A stretch of 61,685 bases of DNA from an uncultured Mycoplasmatota bacterium (GTDB taxonomy: Bacteria > Bacillota_I > Bacilli_A > RF39 > UBA660). Below the pieces are notes generated by a model. The model saw nothing but the letters and a program-made list of their open reading frames with translations. It searched no databases and was not told the origin of the DNA. The translations under genes and the position numbers were made by a program. The stretch lies in NCBI GenBank assembly GCA_947303405.1, contig CAMYYH010000001.1, positions 1-61,685 on the forward strand, read 5' to 3'. Numbering within the stretch: the stretch's first letter is position 1; every line of letters begins with the position of its first letter. This document shows positions 1 to 9,913 of this stretch, piece by piece.

Positions 1-172
1 GTCATCTAACCATGTTTCATATTTAAAAATATGTTCCTATACATAAAACTACCAAACTTGATTGCGTATTAGAAACATATACTTTTTTTAATTTCTAATT
101 ATACTATACAAAAAGCAGATTATTTTCATATGCTTATACTATCGTAATATCTTAATATTGTGATTACTCTAA

Positions 173-685
173 TTAACTACAGTTCATAGTACCATTACTG
201 ATTACCTTACATTCTATATAATCTGGTGAAACGCCAACATTTGCAGTACCATCTCTATTTGTTCCTGCAAAAATATCATCTTTACATAATATAAAATAAT
301 CATCTTCTTTACAATTATCATCACCAAATATACTTCTTAGTATACGAACATTATCTTCATATTTAGAACCATCACGAGTCCCCTCAATACAAAATACATC
401 TTCATTATTTATTCCACATGCAAAGCCCCTTTTAATCTTTCCATTTTCTAACATATGTCCTAAAAACATTTTTCTGCTCTCACCATTTTTACTTTGTAAC
501 TTTTTATAATCGTAAGTATAGTCCTTTAAAGAAATATTTACACCAAATTGTTTACTAGATTCTTCGCTATAAAAATCAAATGCACAGTTTTCACATGAAT
601 CAATTATCATTTTTTCTTCTTTACTACATGCTGTAATTGTAAAAGAAATAACTATTAATAATATAAAAGAAATCTTTCTTTTCAT
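173..685 (-). CDS. putative lipoprotein, unknown function
   Basis: 170-aa ORF. N-terminus MKRKISFILLIVISFTITAC looks like a lipoprotein signal peptide with a lipobox Cys. AGGAGA RBS upstream. No catalytic motif recognised. Confidence 0.55.
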   Translation of the reverse strand: MKRKISFILLIVISFTITACSKEEKMIIDSCENCAFDFYSEESSKQFGVNISLKDYTYDYKKLQSKNGESRKMFLGHMLENGKIKRGFACGINNEDVFCIEGTRDGSKYEDNVRILRSIFGDDNCKEDDYFILCKDDIFAGTNRDGTANVGVSPDYIECKVISNGTMNCS

Positions 686-972
686 TCTTTCATCTCCTAT
701 TATTTATTATAGCACACTTTTTTTTAATTATTTTGTTCGTAATATTTTACAATCATGTTATTTTCGAAAATCTTTCAGTTTTTCTATATTAGTTATGACC
801 TGTTCCCTATAACATGCTTAGATATAAAAAATCTCCTTTTTTAGTTATTTATAGCCAAATAGGAGACTTTAATTATTTTAAAAAAAAGGTTTTCCTTATT
901 TTTCAATAGTTTTACGATATAGTACTGATACTGTCTCAACGTGCCCTGTCCTGGGGCGGAGAACATATCACA

Positions 973-990
973 TAACCTAGTACTAGGTTA
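973..990. repeat. 18-nt perfect palindrome TAACCTAGTACTAGGTTA in an intergenic region
   Basis: Read directly; the sequence equals its own reverse complement. It lies next to a locally GC-rich patch (about 937-966), just downstream of the 1017..1604 gene. Confidence 0.8.
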
Positions 991-1016
991 AATTAATATG
1001 TTTCGCAGAACCACTT

Positions 1017-1604
1017 CTATTTAAGGCTTGTTAAGTCATAATTATAACCATCATAGGTAATATCAGTTAAATCATATGTATAATCAACTGGAGGTGCTTC
1101 TGATGGCCAAGTTTCGGAAACGATTAATTTATTACCATCAATTCTTATTCTCCAAAGAGTTTGCCTGTTTTGTCCCTTATATACATCTACTAAATAACCA
1201 TTTAAATATAACTTAGTAACACCATTAAAACTAACATATGTACCTTTTGCATCATAAAAAGGTTCAAATACATGATATAGCACATATTCTTTATTATTAA
1301 TTGATATATTTCTGATTTTAACATTACTTTTGTTACTAATTCCTTGATCATCACACAAATCATAAACTTCTAAATCTGTCTTGTTTGCCATATCTAATTC
1401 ACAGATTTTATCTTTTGAATTATTCTCTTCTTTACTTTCCAATATACATTTTTCACATATTGGACACTTACACTCTTTTTTGGTAGTTTTTTGTTTGTTT
1501 AACATTTTATCATAGCAAATAAATCCTAATGCAATTATTAATACTATGCTTAATATAATTATAGTAATGTTTTTACCTTTTCCTTTGTTTTCTACATTAT
1601 TCAT
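1017..1604 (-). CDS. membrane-anchored hypothetical protein
   Basis: 195-aa ORF with a GGAG RBS. One N-terminal TM helix (ITIIILSIVLIIALGFICY) followed by a Cys-rich segment (CKCPICEKC). No family recognised. Confidence 0.5.
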   Translation of the reverse strand: MNNVENKGKGKNITIIILSIVLIIALGFICYDKMLNKQKTTKKECKCPICEKCILESKEENNSKDKICELDMANKTDLEVYDLCDDQGISNKSNVKIRNISINNKEYVLYHVFEPFYDAKGTYVSFNGVTKLYLNGYLVDVYKGQNRQTLWRIRIDGNKLIVSETWPSEAPPVDYTYDLTDITYDGYNYDLTSLK

Positions 1605-1766
1605 TTTTATCGCTCCATTTTTATTTATTTTTTTCTAAAACTGTAATGACCTCGCAATGGCTAGACCGTGGGTTTTTGCTATGTCATTTTTTATATGTCC
1701 GCGGGTCTTTGCATGGATATTACCAACAAACTACCCACCTTGTCTATTGGTTTTTTGCATAATCAT

Positions 1767-2297
1767 TTACTTTGATTGTTTTCTACTCATAATCGATCTT
1801 TTTTCTAATGGTAATATTTCAGTTTCATTATTAATACCAAATTGATTAGCAAGTTCGATTGAACCATTTAATAATTCATCTAAACTTGAAAATGGTTCAT
1901 TATTAGTATCTGTTTTATATAGCCAATCTAGATATTTAATCTTTTTTGCATCATCAGGTCTACCATAAAGTACTTTCCCAGTATGAATCCAGTAACCAAA
2001 TTCTACATTTGTTGTAAAAGCAGGCATATCTGGTAATGTTCTTGGAATCCAAAAAGCAATTACCGAAGCATTTGATAAAGCATCTCTTTCCCACTGTGCT
2101 TGATCAACATAATCTGCTTTAGGTTTCCATGTTGAATATTCTGGAACATATACTACTCCATCAAAGCCTTTATCTTCTAAATACTTACATGCACTTGTTC
2201 TCCATGATTTAGTATTCTCGCCTCTAGGAGTTGGTCCTGCTAGAAATATTGATTTTTTCCCTTTTATTACTTCTTGATCTGAATAATTAATTATCAT
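1767..2297 (-). CDS. nucleoside 2-deoxyribosyltransferase-like protein
   Basis: 176-aa ORF with a GGAGG RBS. The N-terminal SIFLAGPTPR...SWR pattern is typical of the nucleoside 2-deoxyribosyltransferase-like family. Adjacent to a nucleoside hydrolase gene. Confidence 0.55.
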   Translation of the reverse strand: MIINYSDQEVIKGKKSIFLAGPTPRGENTKSWRTSACKYLEDKGFDGVVYVPEYSTWKPKADYVDQAQWERDALSNASVIAFWIPRTLPDMPAFTTNVEFGYWIHTGKVLYGRPDDAKKIKYLDWLYKTDTNNEPFSSLDELLNGSIELANQFGINNETEILPLEKRSIMSRKQSK

Positions 2298-2314
2298 ATT
2301 TCCTCCATACTACG

Positions 2315-3175
2315 TTACATATTATATCTTTGAAATAAATCATCATATATTTTTTCTCTATTTATATTTGTAACAAAAGTGATTTTTCTTTTACTGTTAG
2401 TTAACTTATATGATAAATCATCTAATATCTCAGGACAACTAATTTTAGTTGTTTTAAACCATTTTTTATTTACCATGTATGCTATAACGGCAACATCAAA
2501 TATCGGCCTTTCTACTCTTATTCCGTTATAGCCATCATTATGAAATCTTTCAATTAGATAATCATAGAATTCATCCTTATTACCTATTTTTTCTTTTAAT
2601 GTATTTATGTCGATATTTAATTTAGAAACTACTTCATTACATGGTATAACAGTTAATGGAACACTTGAATTAAATACTATTTTAACTGCTTCTATATCTT
2701 GTTTAAAGTTATATTCTCTATTATTTTCATATCCTAATTGATGCCCACCTAGCCATATTATTTCAGCTTTATCTACTATTGTTGGCTCTTTAATTATAGC
2801 TAAAGCAATATTAGTTATTGCACCTATTGCTAGAATATATGTTTTTTCATTACTTTTTACAATTTCAATAATCTTATTAACAGCAACATTATCTTGGGTG
2901 TATCCGTTTTGAATATAATCCATAGATCCTTTATAAACTTTACTTGAATCAACACCGAAATAGTCACATATTTTTTTTGCTTCTTTATAGCTTAAATCTT
3001 GACCGTCAGGTACTGATACAAAATTTTTATGATGTGAATAAGGAGCAATAGTTATTGCTTCTATATTAAATAAATCTTGATGTTTAATTAAATATGTTAA
3101 TGCAAATTGATCATCACATTCATTATATGTATCTGTATCTAATATTATATTAATTCTATCTCTTATATTATTCAT
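2315..3175 (-). CDS. inosine/uridine-preferring nucleoside hydrolase family protein
   Basis: 286-aa ORF. N-terminal Asp cluster ILDTDTYNECDDQFAL and AIGAITNIALAI resemble the IUNH fingerprints. Confidence 0.75.
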   Translation of the reverse strand: MNNIRDRINIILDTDTYNECDDQFALTYLIKHQDLFNIEAITIAPYSHHKNFVSVPDGQDLSYKEAKKICDYFGVDSSKVYKGSMDYIQNGYTQDNVAVNKIIEIVKSNEKTYILAIGAITNIALAIIKEPTIVDKAEIIWLGGHQLGYENNREYNFKQDIEAVKIVFNSSVPLTVIPCNEVVSKLNIDINTLKEKIGNKDEFYDYLIERFHNDGYNGIRVERPIFDVAVIAYMVNKKWFKTTKISCPEILDDLSYKLTNSKRKITFVTNINREKIYDDLFQRYNM

Positions 3176-3178
3176 GTT

Positions 3179-4375
3179 TTATCTCCTCTCAAGTACTGTG
3201 ATTGATTCACAATGCTCAGTATATGAAAACATATCCAATACCCAAACTTTTTTAACCATATATATCTCACTTATATCTTTTAAATCTCGTGCTAAAGTCA
3301 TCGGATTACAAGATATATAGATTATCTTTTTAGCATCACTATTAAGTATATTACTCTTTGTATTCTTATCTAGCCCTATTCTTGGTGGATCTACTATAAT
3401 CGTATCTATCTTATCATTTATTTTATTAACAGTACTACCAACATCACCCAACATATAATAAGCATTATTTATCTTGTTTATCTTCGTATTATAAGTCGCA
3501 TTAATTACGGCATTCCTAACTATCTCAATCCCATACACTTTTTTAACCTTATTAGCAATATTAATGCCTAAAGTACCTACACCAGAATACAAATCTAATA
3601 CTATTTCATCTTCTCTAACATTATTACTTACTATATCAAATAATTTACTACATATATATCTATTTACTTGAAAGAAAGAATCATAGGATACTTTAAAAAT
3701 TCTATTATTAATCATCTCTATAAAAAAATCATCATTATAATACTTCTTATTATTAACCACTATACCAGCTATCTTATAATTATCTTTTAAATAATCTACG
3801 TCTATATTCACCTTCTCTTTAGTATTAATAATAATTAATAATTCATTATTATAATTATTTCTAATTATCAATTCTCCATTATTAATATTAATTTTTCTAA
3901 TATCCTTAAGAAAACTATTTATATTATCTTCTGCTAATAAACAATTATTTATACTTACTAATTCATGAGTATTATTCTTATAATAACCATAATTACCATC
4001 TATAACTTTTAAACTTATTTTGTTCCTATAATTATATTTATTCTTGTTTTCTATAATATCTACATTAATATCCAAACTAGCATACTTATATAAGATATCT
4101 TTTACTTTATTCTTTTTAAAATCAATTGTTCCATCATAAGAAAAATGTAATAAGTCACAGCCTCCACACTCTCTATAATAAGGGCATTTACTATCTACTC
4201 TTTTATTAGATTGCTTATAATACTTAATAACAATAGCTTCATTATATTTGCTTTTTTCCTTTGTAATTTTAATATCTATTTCTTCCCCAGGAAGGGTGTT
4301 ACTAACAAAAGTAATCTTGTTATTAACATATACAATACCCCTACCTAGATTATCTAACTTCTCTACTTTATACAT
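3179..4375 (-). CDS. RNA (uracil-5-)-methyltransferase, RlmD/RumA family
   Basis: 398 aa. N-terminal TRAM-like domain, Fe-S cysteines CPYYRECGGC (C-x5-C-x2-C), SAM motif VLDLYSGVGTLG, DPPRIG, and nucleophile motif YISCNP. Confidence 0.85.
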   Translation of the reverse strand: MYKVEKLDNLGRGIVYVNNKITFVSNTLPGEEIDIKITKEKSKYNEAIVIKYYKQSNKRVDSKCPYYRECGGCDLLHFSYDGTIDFKKNKVKDILYKYASLDINVDIIENKNKYNYRNKISLKVIDGNYGYYKNNTHELVSINNCLLAEDNINSFLKDIRKININNGELIIRNNYNNELLIIINTKEKVNIDVDYLKDNYKIAGIVVNNKKYYNDDFFIEMINNRIFKVSYDSFFQVNRYICSKLFDIVSNNVREDEIVLDLYSGVGTLGINIANKVKKVYGIEIVRNAVINATYNTKINKINNAYYMLGDVGSTVNKINDKIDTIIVDPPRIGLDKNTKSNILNSDAKKIIYISCNPMTLARDLKDISEIYMVKKVWVLDMFSYTEHCESITVLERR

Positions 4376-5618
4376 CTTTTTTGCTTTTCTTTCTTCTTAC
4401 TTCTAAATAATTAGTAAAGTCTAAACTACTTATATACTTTTTCATATCCTCTATATTATCCCCTTCTACATCTTTTATAGTATCAATATAATCTATACCT
4501 AAAACAAAGTAATTATCTATCCAAGTATATATCTCATAAATAGGCTTTTCCATTTTATTAATATAATTTATTAACTGATTATTTTTTATAGTTTCAAAGG
4601 CTTCTCTATCATAACTAGGATTATTAATAGTCTCTAGTATCAACTCTTTTACTTTATCATGCTCCTTGGTCCTAACTAATATTTCTAACCTAACATAGTC
4701 ACATTTATAATTAAGGTATCTATTAATATTAATACTATATAGTGTTAAATTATTACTTCTTAAAGCCCTATATAAATCTGAATCAATTTGGAAATTAATC
4801 TTTGTCATATAATATAGATAACTATCCAACTTAAGTAATTCTCTATCTTTAAACTTACTAATATCTATCTTAAATATTATACTTTCATATTCATCTTCCG
4901 TCGGATCTATTATTTCTAAATACCGCTTATTAACTTCTATAGGCTCCTTAATACTTTCAACAAGTATCTCTTTTTTATTATCTCCATATTCTTTATCTAT
5001 AATATCTAACACTTCTTTTATACTCATATTAGTATTAATTACTAAAGTTTGATTATTAGTTCTATAAAATACATCATAAAACTCTTGTAGTTCTTCTATA
5101 GTAAGTCCTTCTATAGTATCTATCTCTCCCAAAGTTATATTTCCAGGAAATACCTTATAGAAAGCCTCTTCCTTCATATCGGATTCTCTTCTACGTTTAT
5201 TATCTTTGCTTCTTTTAATCTCTTCTATAATAGGTTTCTTAACGTCTTCTATATCTACACTATTAAAATTAGGCTTATTAACAATATTAATTAATCTAAT
5301 TAAAGCCTCTTCAAAATCATGAACAGTAGAAAAATAATACTCTGTAGAATAAATTCCCGTCATTCCATTATAACTCATACTCTCAGAAGAATAATACTGT
5401 CCTATATTTCCATAAATACTCTTTTCAATTAAATAATGTTCTAAAAAGTGAGCTATTCCTTTCTTTAATTCTTTTTTCTTATTATTGTCATCTATGTAAT
5501 TGGTACTATGACCTCCAGCCCCAACAAATAAATGGGCTTCACACCTGTGTTTTTTTTTGTTTTCTACGATAACTACTTTCAATCCGTTTTTTAATGTCTT
5601 ATTAAATACCCTCTTCAT
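4368..5618 (-). CDS. M16 (insulinase/pitrilysin) family zinc peptidase
   Basis: 416 aa with the inverted zinc motif HFLEH (HxxEH). Overlaps both neighbouring genes, suggesting translational coupling. Confidence 0.8.
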   Translation of the reverse strand: MKRVFNKTLKNGLKVVIVENKKKHRCEAHLFVGAGGHSTNYIDDNNKKKELKKGIAHFLEHYLIEKSIYGNIGQYYSSESMSYNGMTGIYSTEYYFSTVHDFEEALIRLINIVNKPNFNSVDIEDVKKPIIEEIKRSKDNKRRRESDMKEEAFYKVFPGNITLGEIDTIEGLTIEELQEFYDVFYRTNNQTLVINTNMSIKEVLDIIDKEYGDNKKEILVESIKEPIEVNKRYLEIIDPTEDEYESIIFKIDISKFKDRELLKLDSYLYYMTKINFQIDSDLYRALRSNNLTLYSININRYLNYKCDYVRLEILVRTKEHDKVKELILETINNPSYDREAFETIKNNQLINYINKMEKPIYEIYTWIDNYFVLGIDYIDTIKDVEGDNIEDMKKYISSLDFTNYLEVRRKKSKKDV

Positions 5619-6879
5619 TATATCCGCCCTCTAAAAACAACTCTCTACTTATTTTTAATCTATTTAATAAGTCTCTCATATCATTATATTCAATCTTACT
5701 CATATCCCTAATAAGATCCTTAATAATCATGGATATCTTCAACTTCTTATTAATATTATATAATACATCATAAAAATCATTATCTTCATCATCCAACAAA
5801 TCATACTCTAATGACTTCATTAATTTTTTCTTACATCTAACAAATACTTCTTTATCATATAAAGAATTAATAACTTCCTTAATTAACTTTGATATCTCTT
5901 CCCGATCATTTTTATCTAACAAAACTTTAATTTCAAGTAATCCATGCATTTTATCTATATCAACATATGTTTCATATACTAAGTTATACTCATTTCTTAA
6001 CTTATCGAATATCAAATCATTCTCTCTGCTACGTAAGAAATAGTATAACATAGTTAACTTATTTATATCGCTCATCTTACAATTAACTATTTGATAAATA
6101 TAACTCAAAGATGATTGCCAATACTTAGTCTTCATAGTTTTATTCTTATACTCTTTAAATGGCAATAAATTATACATATGAATACCCATATTAAAATCAT
6201 AATACTTTTGTTTAAAATACTTATTGTATAAATCTAATAGTCTTTTCTTATCATCTATTTTTCCATATATAAATGTAATAAACTTATTATCAATAATGTT
6301 CTTTTTATAATATTCATAAACATTAGATGCATTAGTATCTTCTACTAATTTTATTTTTTCTTCTCTACTAAAGAACACTTTATGCTTAGGATCTAATATA
6401 TTATATAGTTCATAATTAGTTAATTCATATATATTATTAATCTCTTGTTTAAGATTATTTAACATTTTATCTTTATTCCAATCAAATACTTCTTTCGTAA
6501 ACTTATTATTCTTTACTGAAGGATTAAATATACAATCATATAATACTTTAATAGCTTCTTCCATATTATAATCAGCTATTAACCCCTCCTTAGGTATCGT
6601 AAAATCAAAAGTAATAAAAATCTCTTTATCAAGTCTAATATAATCTACCAAGTATCTAATTACTAAATTTTTATTAAGCACTTTGTCAAATGCATCTAAA
6701 CTAGTACACTTTTTAGAAGAACTAGCTACCACTTTACTAGCTAATCTCATCTTAAATAGATCCATATACTTAGACTCTACTTTTATAGGAAACATTATAA
6801 AAAAAGTAATAATATTTACATTATCAACGTTATATATATAAGGTCTAGTACTTAACTTTAAATTTTTCATTTTTGTCAC
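5602..6879 (-). CDS. M16-like peptidase partner subunit (no HxxEH motif)
   Basis: 425 aa, same size class as and overlapping the downstream M16 gene. No HxxEH seen, as in non-catalytic M16 partners. The track start is GTG; an ATG three codons later (6870) is an alternative. Confidence 0.5.
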   Translation of the reverse strand: MTKMKNLKLSTRPYIYNVDNVNIITFFIMFPIKVESKYMDLFKMRLASKVVASSSKKCTSLDAFDKVLNKNLVIRYLVDYIRLDKEIFITFDFTIPKEGLIADYNMEEAIKVLYDCIFNPSVKNNKFTKEVFDWNKDKMLNNLKQEINNIYELTNYELYNILDPKHKVFFSREEKIKLVEDTNASNVYEYYKKNIIDNKFITFIYGKIDDKKRLLDLYNKYFKQKYYDFNMGIHMYNLLPFKEYKNKTMKTKYWQSSLSYIYQIVNCKMSDINKLTMLYYFLRSRENDLIFDKLRNEYNLVYETYVDIDKMHGLLEIKVLLDKNDREEISKLIKEVINSLYDKEVFVRCKKKLMKSLEYDLLDDEDNDFYDVLYNINKKLKISMIIKDLIRDMSKIEYNDMRDLLNRLKISRELFLEGGYNEEGI

Positions 6880-7043
6880 CCAACTTAATATACCATAATA
6901 AAGACAAAATAACTATAACAGTTAATCATTTGAAAACATATAACTCCAGCTATAATAAGCAATATTAAATCCCTTACCTATAGTTATATATTAAAAGATA
7001 GTATACCTTACGACTTTAACAGCCCAAGACATACTACCTTTTA

Positions 7044-8384
7044 TTACTTAATATCGACTATATTATAATTATTAAAGGATTTATCAGCACTAGCTTTTCC
7101 AATAACTTTAAACACCTCTTTGTAAGCATAACTATCTTTAATAGTAATTGTAAAACCTCCATTATTCTCTAAACCAGCCTCACTCATTATATTAATTACA
7201 CTATTAACCATACTTATAAAATCTGCTTCCATGGAATAATTATCTTTTAATATAATATTATATTCAAATCCATATTTATTAAAGAAACCCTTTTTATCTA
7301 ATCCCAAATAATCTTCCAATCTTAAATCAACACTATATTTATATAAATTATCTAAATTCATTTCATTTTGATAATTATCATCATTAACACAATCTCCTAT
7401 AAAATAACACTTATTTTTAGGATAGAATCCTATTGTAACAGTTTTAGTAGATAGAGCATTCTTAATACTCTCAATAAGTTCACTTTCCAAAGGAATTATA
7501 TAAGTATTATCTAAATAATTATCTTTCACTATATATTTATTATTATCTTCATCATATAATAAAGACATAACGGATATAGTAACATTATTCTCTTCATTAG
7601 AACAATCAATAGTAGTTACTCTCCTATGAGTAATATCATCTATATATTTCTTCTTTTGTCCATTACATATAAATTTATAACCATATCTATTCTTTAATGT
7701 TCTTTCAATAAAATCTTCCTCTGTTTTAGCCTCTAGCACTTCTTTTTCTCCAGAACCAGAAAAGATAATTCCCATAAAATCTGTTTTGTAATTAGTATAA
7801 AAATAATAAGGAACACCTAATATACCACCAATTATTATTATATAAAAAATCTTTTGTAAAGCTGCAGCCTTACTATCTGTCATAAGTTTAGTAATAGCAA
7901 GAGATAAAATATATCCTAAAAATCCTACTACACCCACAGCAAAAGCATAATATACATCAAAGCCGCCCTTATTAGCCCCTATTACAACAAGAAAGCCTAC
8001 TAAAGCCCCGATCATACAAGATACCAATATAGTTATACTAAACTTAGATTCTTCTTTTTTATTCATGCAACTAATAATAGTTCCTAGTATTATATAAATA
8101 GGAATGCCAATCACTAACCATCTATTAATATTATTCATCCCATATACTAAAGCAAAAAAAACAATTATATTAAGTATTATTAATAATAAAGTAGCACCAC
8201 TTTGCTTATTCATTTCTATTTCAACCTGTCTTTTCTCTAATTGTTCTAATCTAGCCTCTTTCTCTTTTTGTAACTTATCATAGTACTCTTGAGGTATCTC
8301 TACTTTATTTGGATTGTTAACTACTTGCTCGTTCTTTTCTTCTTCACTTTTCTTTAAATTAGGCATTTCAAAATTACCATCCAT
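7044..8384 (-). CDS. polytopic membrane protein, unknown function
   Basis: 446 aa. Charged coiled-coil N-terminus, then about 6 hydrophobic helices, then a roughly 230-aa soluble C-terminal domain. Confidence 0.5.
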   Translation of the reverse strand: MDGNFEMPNLKKSEEEKNEQVVNNPNKVEIPQEYYDKLQKEKEARLEQLEKRQVEIEMNKQSGATLLLIILNIIVFFALVYGMNNINRWLVIGIPIYIILGTIISCMNKKEESKFSITILVSCMIGALVGFLVVIGANKGGFDVYYAFAVGVVGFLGYILSLAITKLMTDSKAAALQKIFYIIIIGGILGVPYYFYTNYKTDFMGIIFSGSGEKEVLEAKTEEDFIERTLKNRYGYKFICNGQKKKYIDDITHRRVTTIDCSNEENNVTISVMSLLYDEDNNKYIVKDNYLDNTYIIPLESELIESIKNALSTKTVTIGFYPKNKCYFIGDCVNDDNYQNEMNLDNLYKYSVDLRLEDYLGLDKKGFFNKYGFEYNIILKDNYSMEADFISMVNSVINIMSEAGLENNGGFTITIKDSYAYKEVFKVIGKASADKSFNNYNIVDIK

Positions 8385-8439
8385 TACACATCACCATTAT
8401 TCTATCTTATTATAACACAATTACTTCCCAAAAAATCTA

Positions 8440-9846
8440 TTAATTTACGCTTATACTAAATTCCAAAACCGTCATATTACTAACATCCTTACTAGTATTA
8501 ACTCCTGTACCTCCCAAAACAAAGGAAACATCATTTATACTATCAGGATAATAAGATAATTGATTAGTATTTGCAATATAATTAGAATCCCCACCACTAA
8601 CAGGAAGCAAAGAAGCAGTAATTGCTTTATTAGGAGAAGGTACATAAGTCATATCAAAAGTATAAACTGTTTCATCTGTCCCTACTGTCCATCCATTCCC
8701 CAATCTAGTTCCAAATATCGTTTGATTTAAATTAGCCCCAGTATTAGAAGCAGTTATAAGGACTTGTGATGCCTGGTATACCAATAATGTAAAACCTTGA
8801 TATCTATTTCCGTTTGCTCGTTTTAAAGCCGTTAATATATATTTTCCTATATTTTGTGAAGTATTCATTTTATACTTCAAATGAATAGTATAACTTGCCG
8901 CAACAAATGCATTAACACCTGTATCAAATGATGATCCCGGTGTAAACACAACCCCTGTTCCTACATCAGTATATTCAAATGAAGTAATTATTCCATTTGC
9001 ATCAACTGTAACCAATGGTTGTCCAGCAATTGCTTCAAATAAAGTAGTTGTATCTGGCGTTAGATTATTATGATTATATACAGTTGTAGTTATATCATGA
9101 ATAACTGTAGGACCATTACTTAATCCTTTAACAGTTAAAGCTTCAGTCACATTAGCAAAAACTAATACTCCATTATTATATGTATAATCCACATCTTTGG
9201 TATAGGTAGTACTCGAAGAATTTCCCGTTACTTCAACATCATCAGGAGCATTTCCACCAAAATTAACATTTAAAGTCTCTCCTTCTATAACAGATGAAGG
9301 ATATCCACTTCCATTAATATCTACGTAGGTAATAGAATGACTCTTCCCAAATTTAAATCTAATTATACCATTTAAAATATTATCATAAGGTGCACTATTA
9401 TTAGCAGTATAATTGCTATCATAACTAAATATAACATTAAAACTAACAGAACTATTTGCCGGTATTAACGTCCCATAAACTAAACTCCCATTAGTATCTA
9501 CAACTATATTACTATTATCATAAAAAGAACTATCATAAATAATTTTATCAAAAGCTTTTACCTCATTTGTATCATTGATAACAGTCACATTAATAATAAG
9601 ATTAGATGTTTCATCATTAGCATCTAATACCACTCTACTATTAAGCACAGTTTCACCATATGCATTTATTCTAGAACCATTGCTTGTCCCTACTATATAA
9701 GCCTGACTAATAAACACCCCTGTCATCTTAGCCGCAGTTGCTGTACCATTAATGTATAAATGCTCTTCACTTATAGTCGCCCAACCAATTGACATAAACA
9801 TTCCAAAGATAAATATCATTAATAAGAACAAATAATTCTTCTTCAT
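8440..9846 (-). CDS. secreted/surface protein, unknown function
   Basis: The ORF track gives 9855. MKKNYLFLLMIFIFGMF... (start 9846) is the likelier start (AGGGA upstream). Signal-peptide-like N-terminus; Asn/Thr/Ser-rich beta-type sequence. Confidence 0.5.
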   Translation of the reverse strand: MKKNYLFLLMIFIFGMFMSIGWATISEEHLYINGTATAAKMTGVFISQAYIVGTSNGSRINAYGETVLNSRVVLDANDETSNLIINVTVINDTNEVKAFDKIIYDSSFYDNSNIVVDTNGSLVYGTLIPANSSVSFNVIFSYDSNYTANNSAPYDNILNGIIRFKFGKSHSITYVDINGSGYPSSVIEGETLNVNFGGNAPDDVEVTGNSSSTTYTKDVDYTYNNGVLVFANVTEALTVKGLSNGPTVIHDITTTVYNHNNLTPDTTTLFEAIAGQPLVTVDANGIITSFEYTDVGTGVVFTPGSSFDTGVNAFVAASYTIHLKYKMNTSQNIGKYILTALKRANGNRYQGFTLLVYQASQVLITASNTGANLNQTIFGTRLGNGWTVGTDETVYTFDMTYVPSPNKAITASLLPVSGGDSNYIANTNQLSYYPDSINDVSFVLGGTGVNTSKDVSNMTVLEFSISVN

Positions 9847-9890
9847 ATTATACATTCCCTACTATACTCATTATATCTTTTTTTTCCCAA

Positions 9891-9913
9891 AATAAAAAGA
9901 GATATTATCTCTT
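9891..9913 (-). terminator. rho-independent terminator overlapping the ileS stop codon
   Basis: Minus-strand AAGAGAT-aat-ATCTCTT hairpin followed by TTTATTTT. Confidence 0.45.

Noticed and set aside
1657-1845. 62-aa plus-strand ORF spanning the GC-rich island and the end of the deoxyribosyltransferase-like gene
   Set aside because: It has no RBS, a hydrophobic low-complexity sequence, and overlaps a better-supported minus-strand gene. The island is treated as a possible RNA element instead.
4368-6879. M16 peptidase pair as a marker of a RiPP or bacteriocin maturation cluster, with the ABC exporter at 13411..15141
   Set aside because: No precursor-peptide ORF, radical-SAM maturase or C39 peptidase domain is nearby. 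The ABC gene is 6.5 kb away, on the other strand and behind ileS. Paired M16 genes are common housekeeping genes in Firmicutes.
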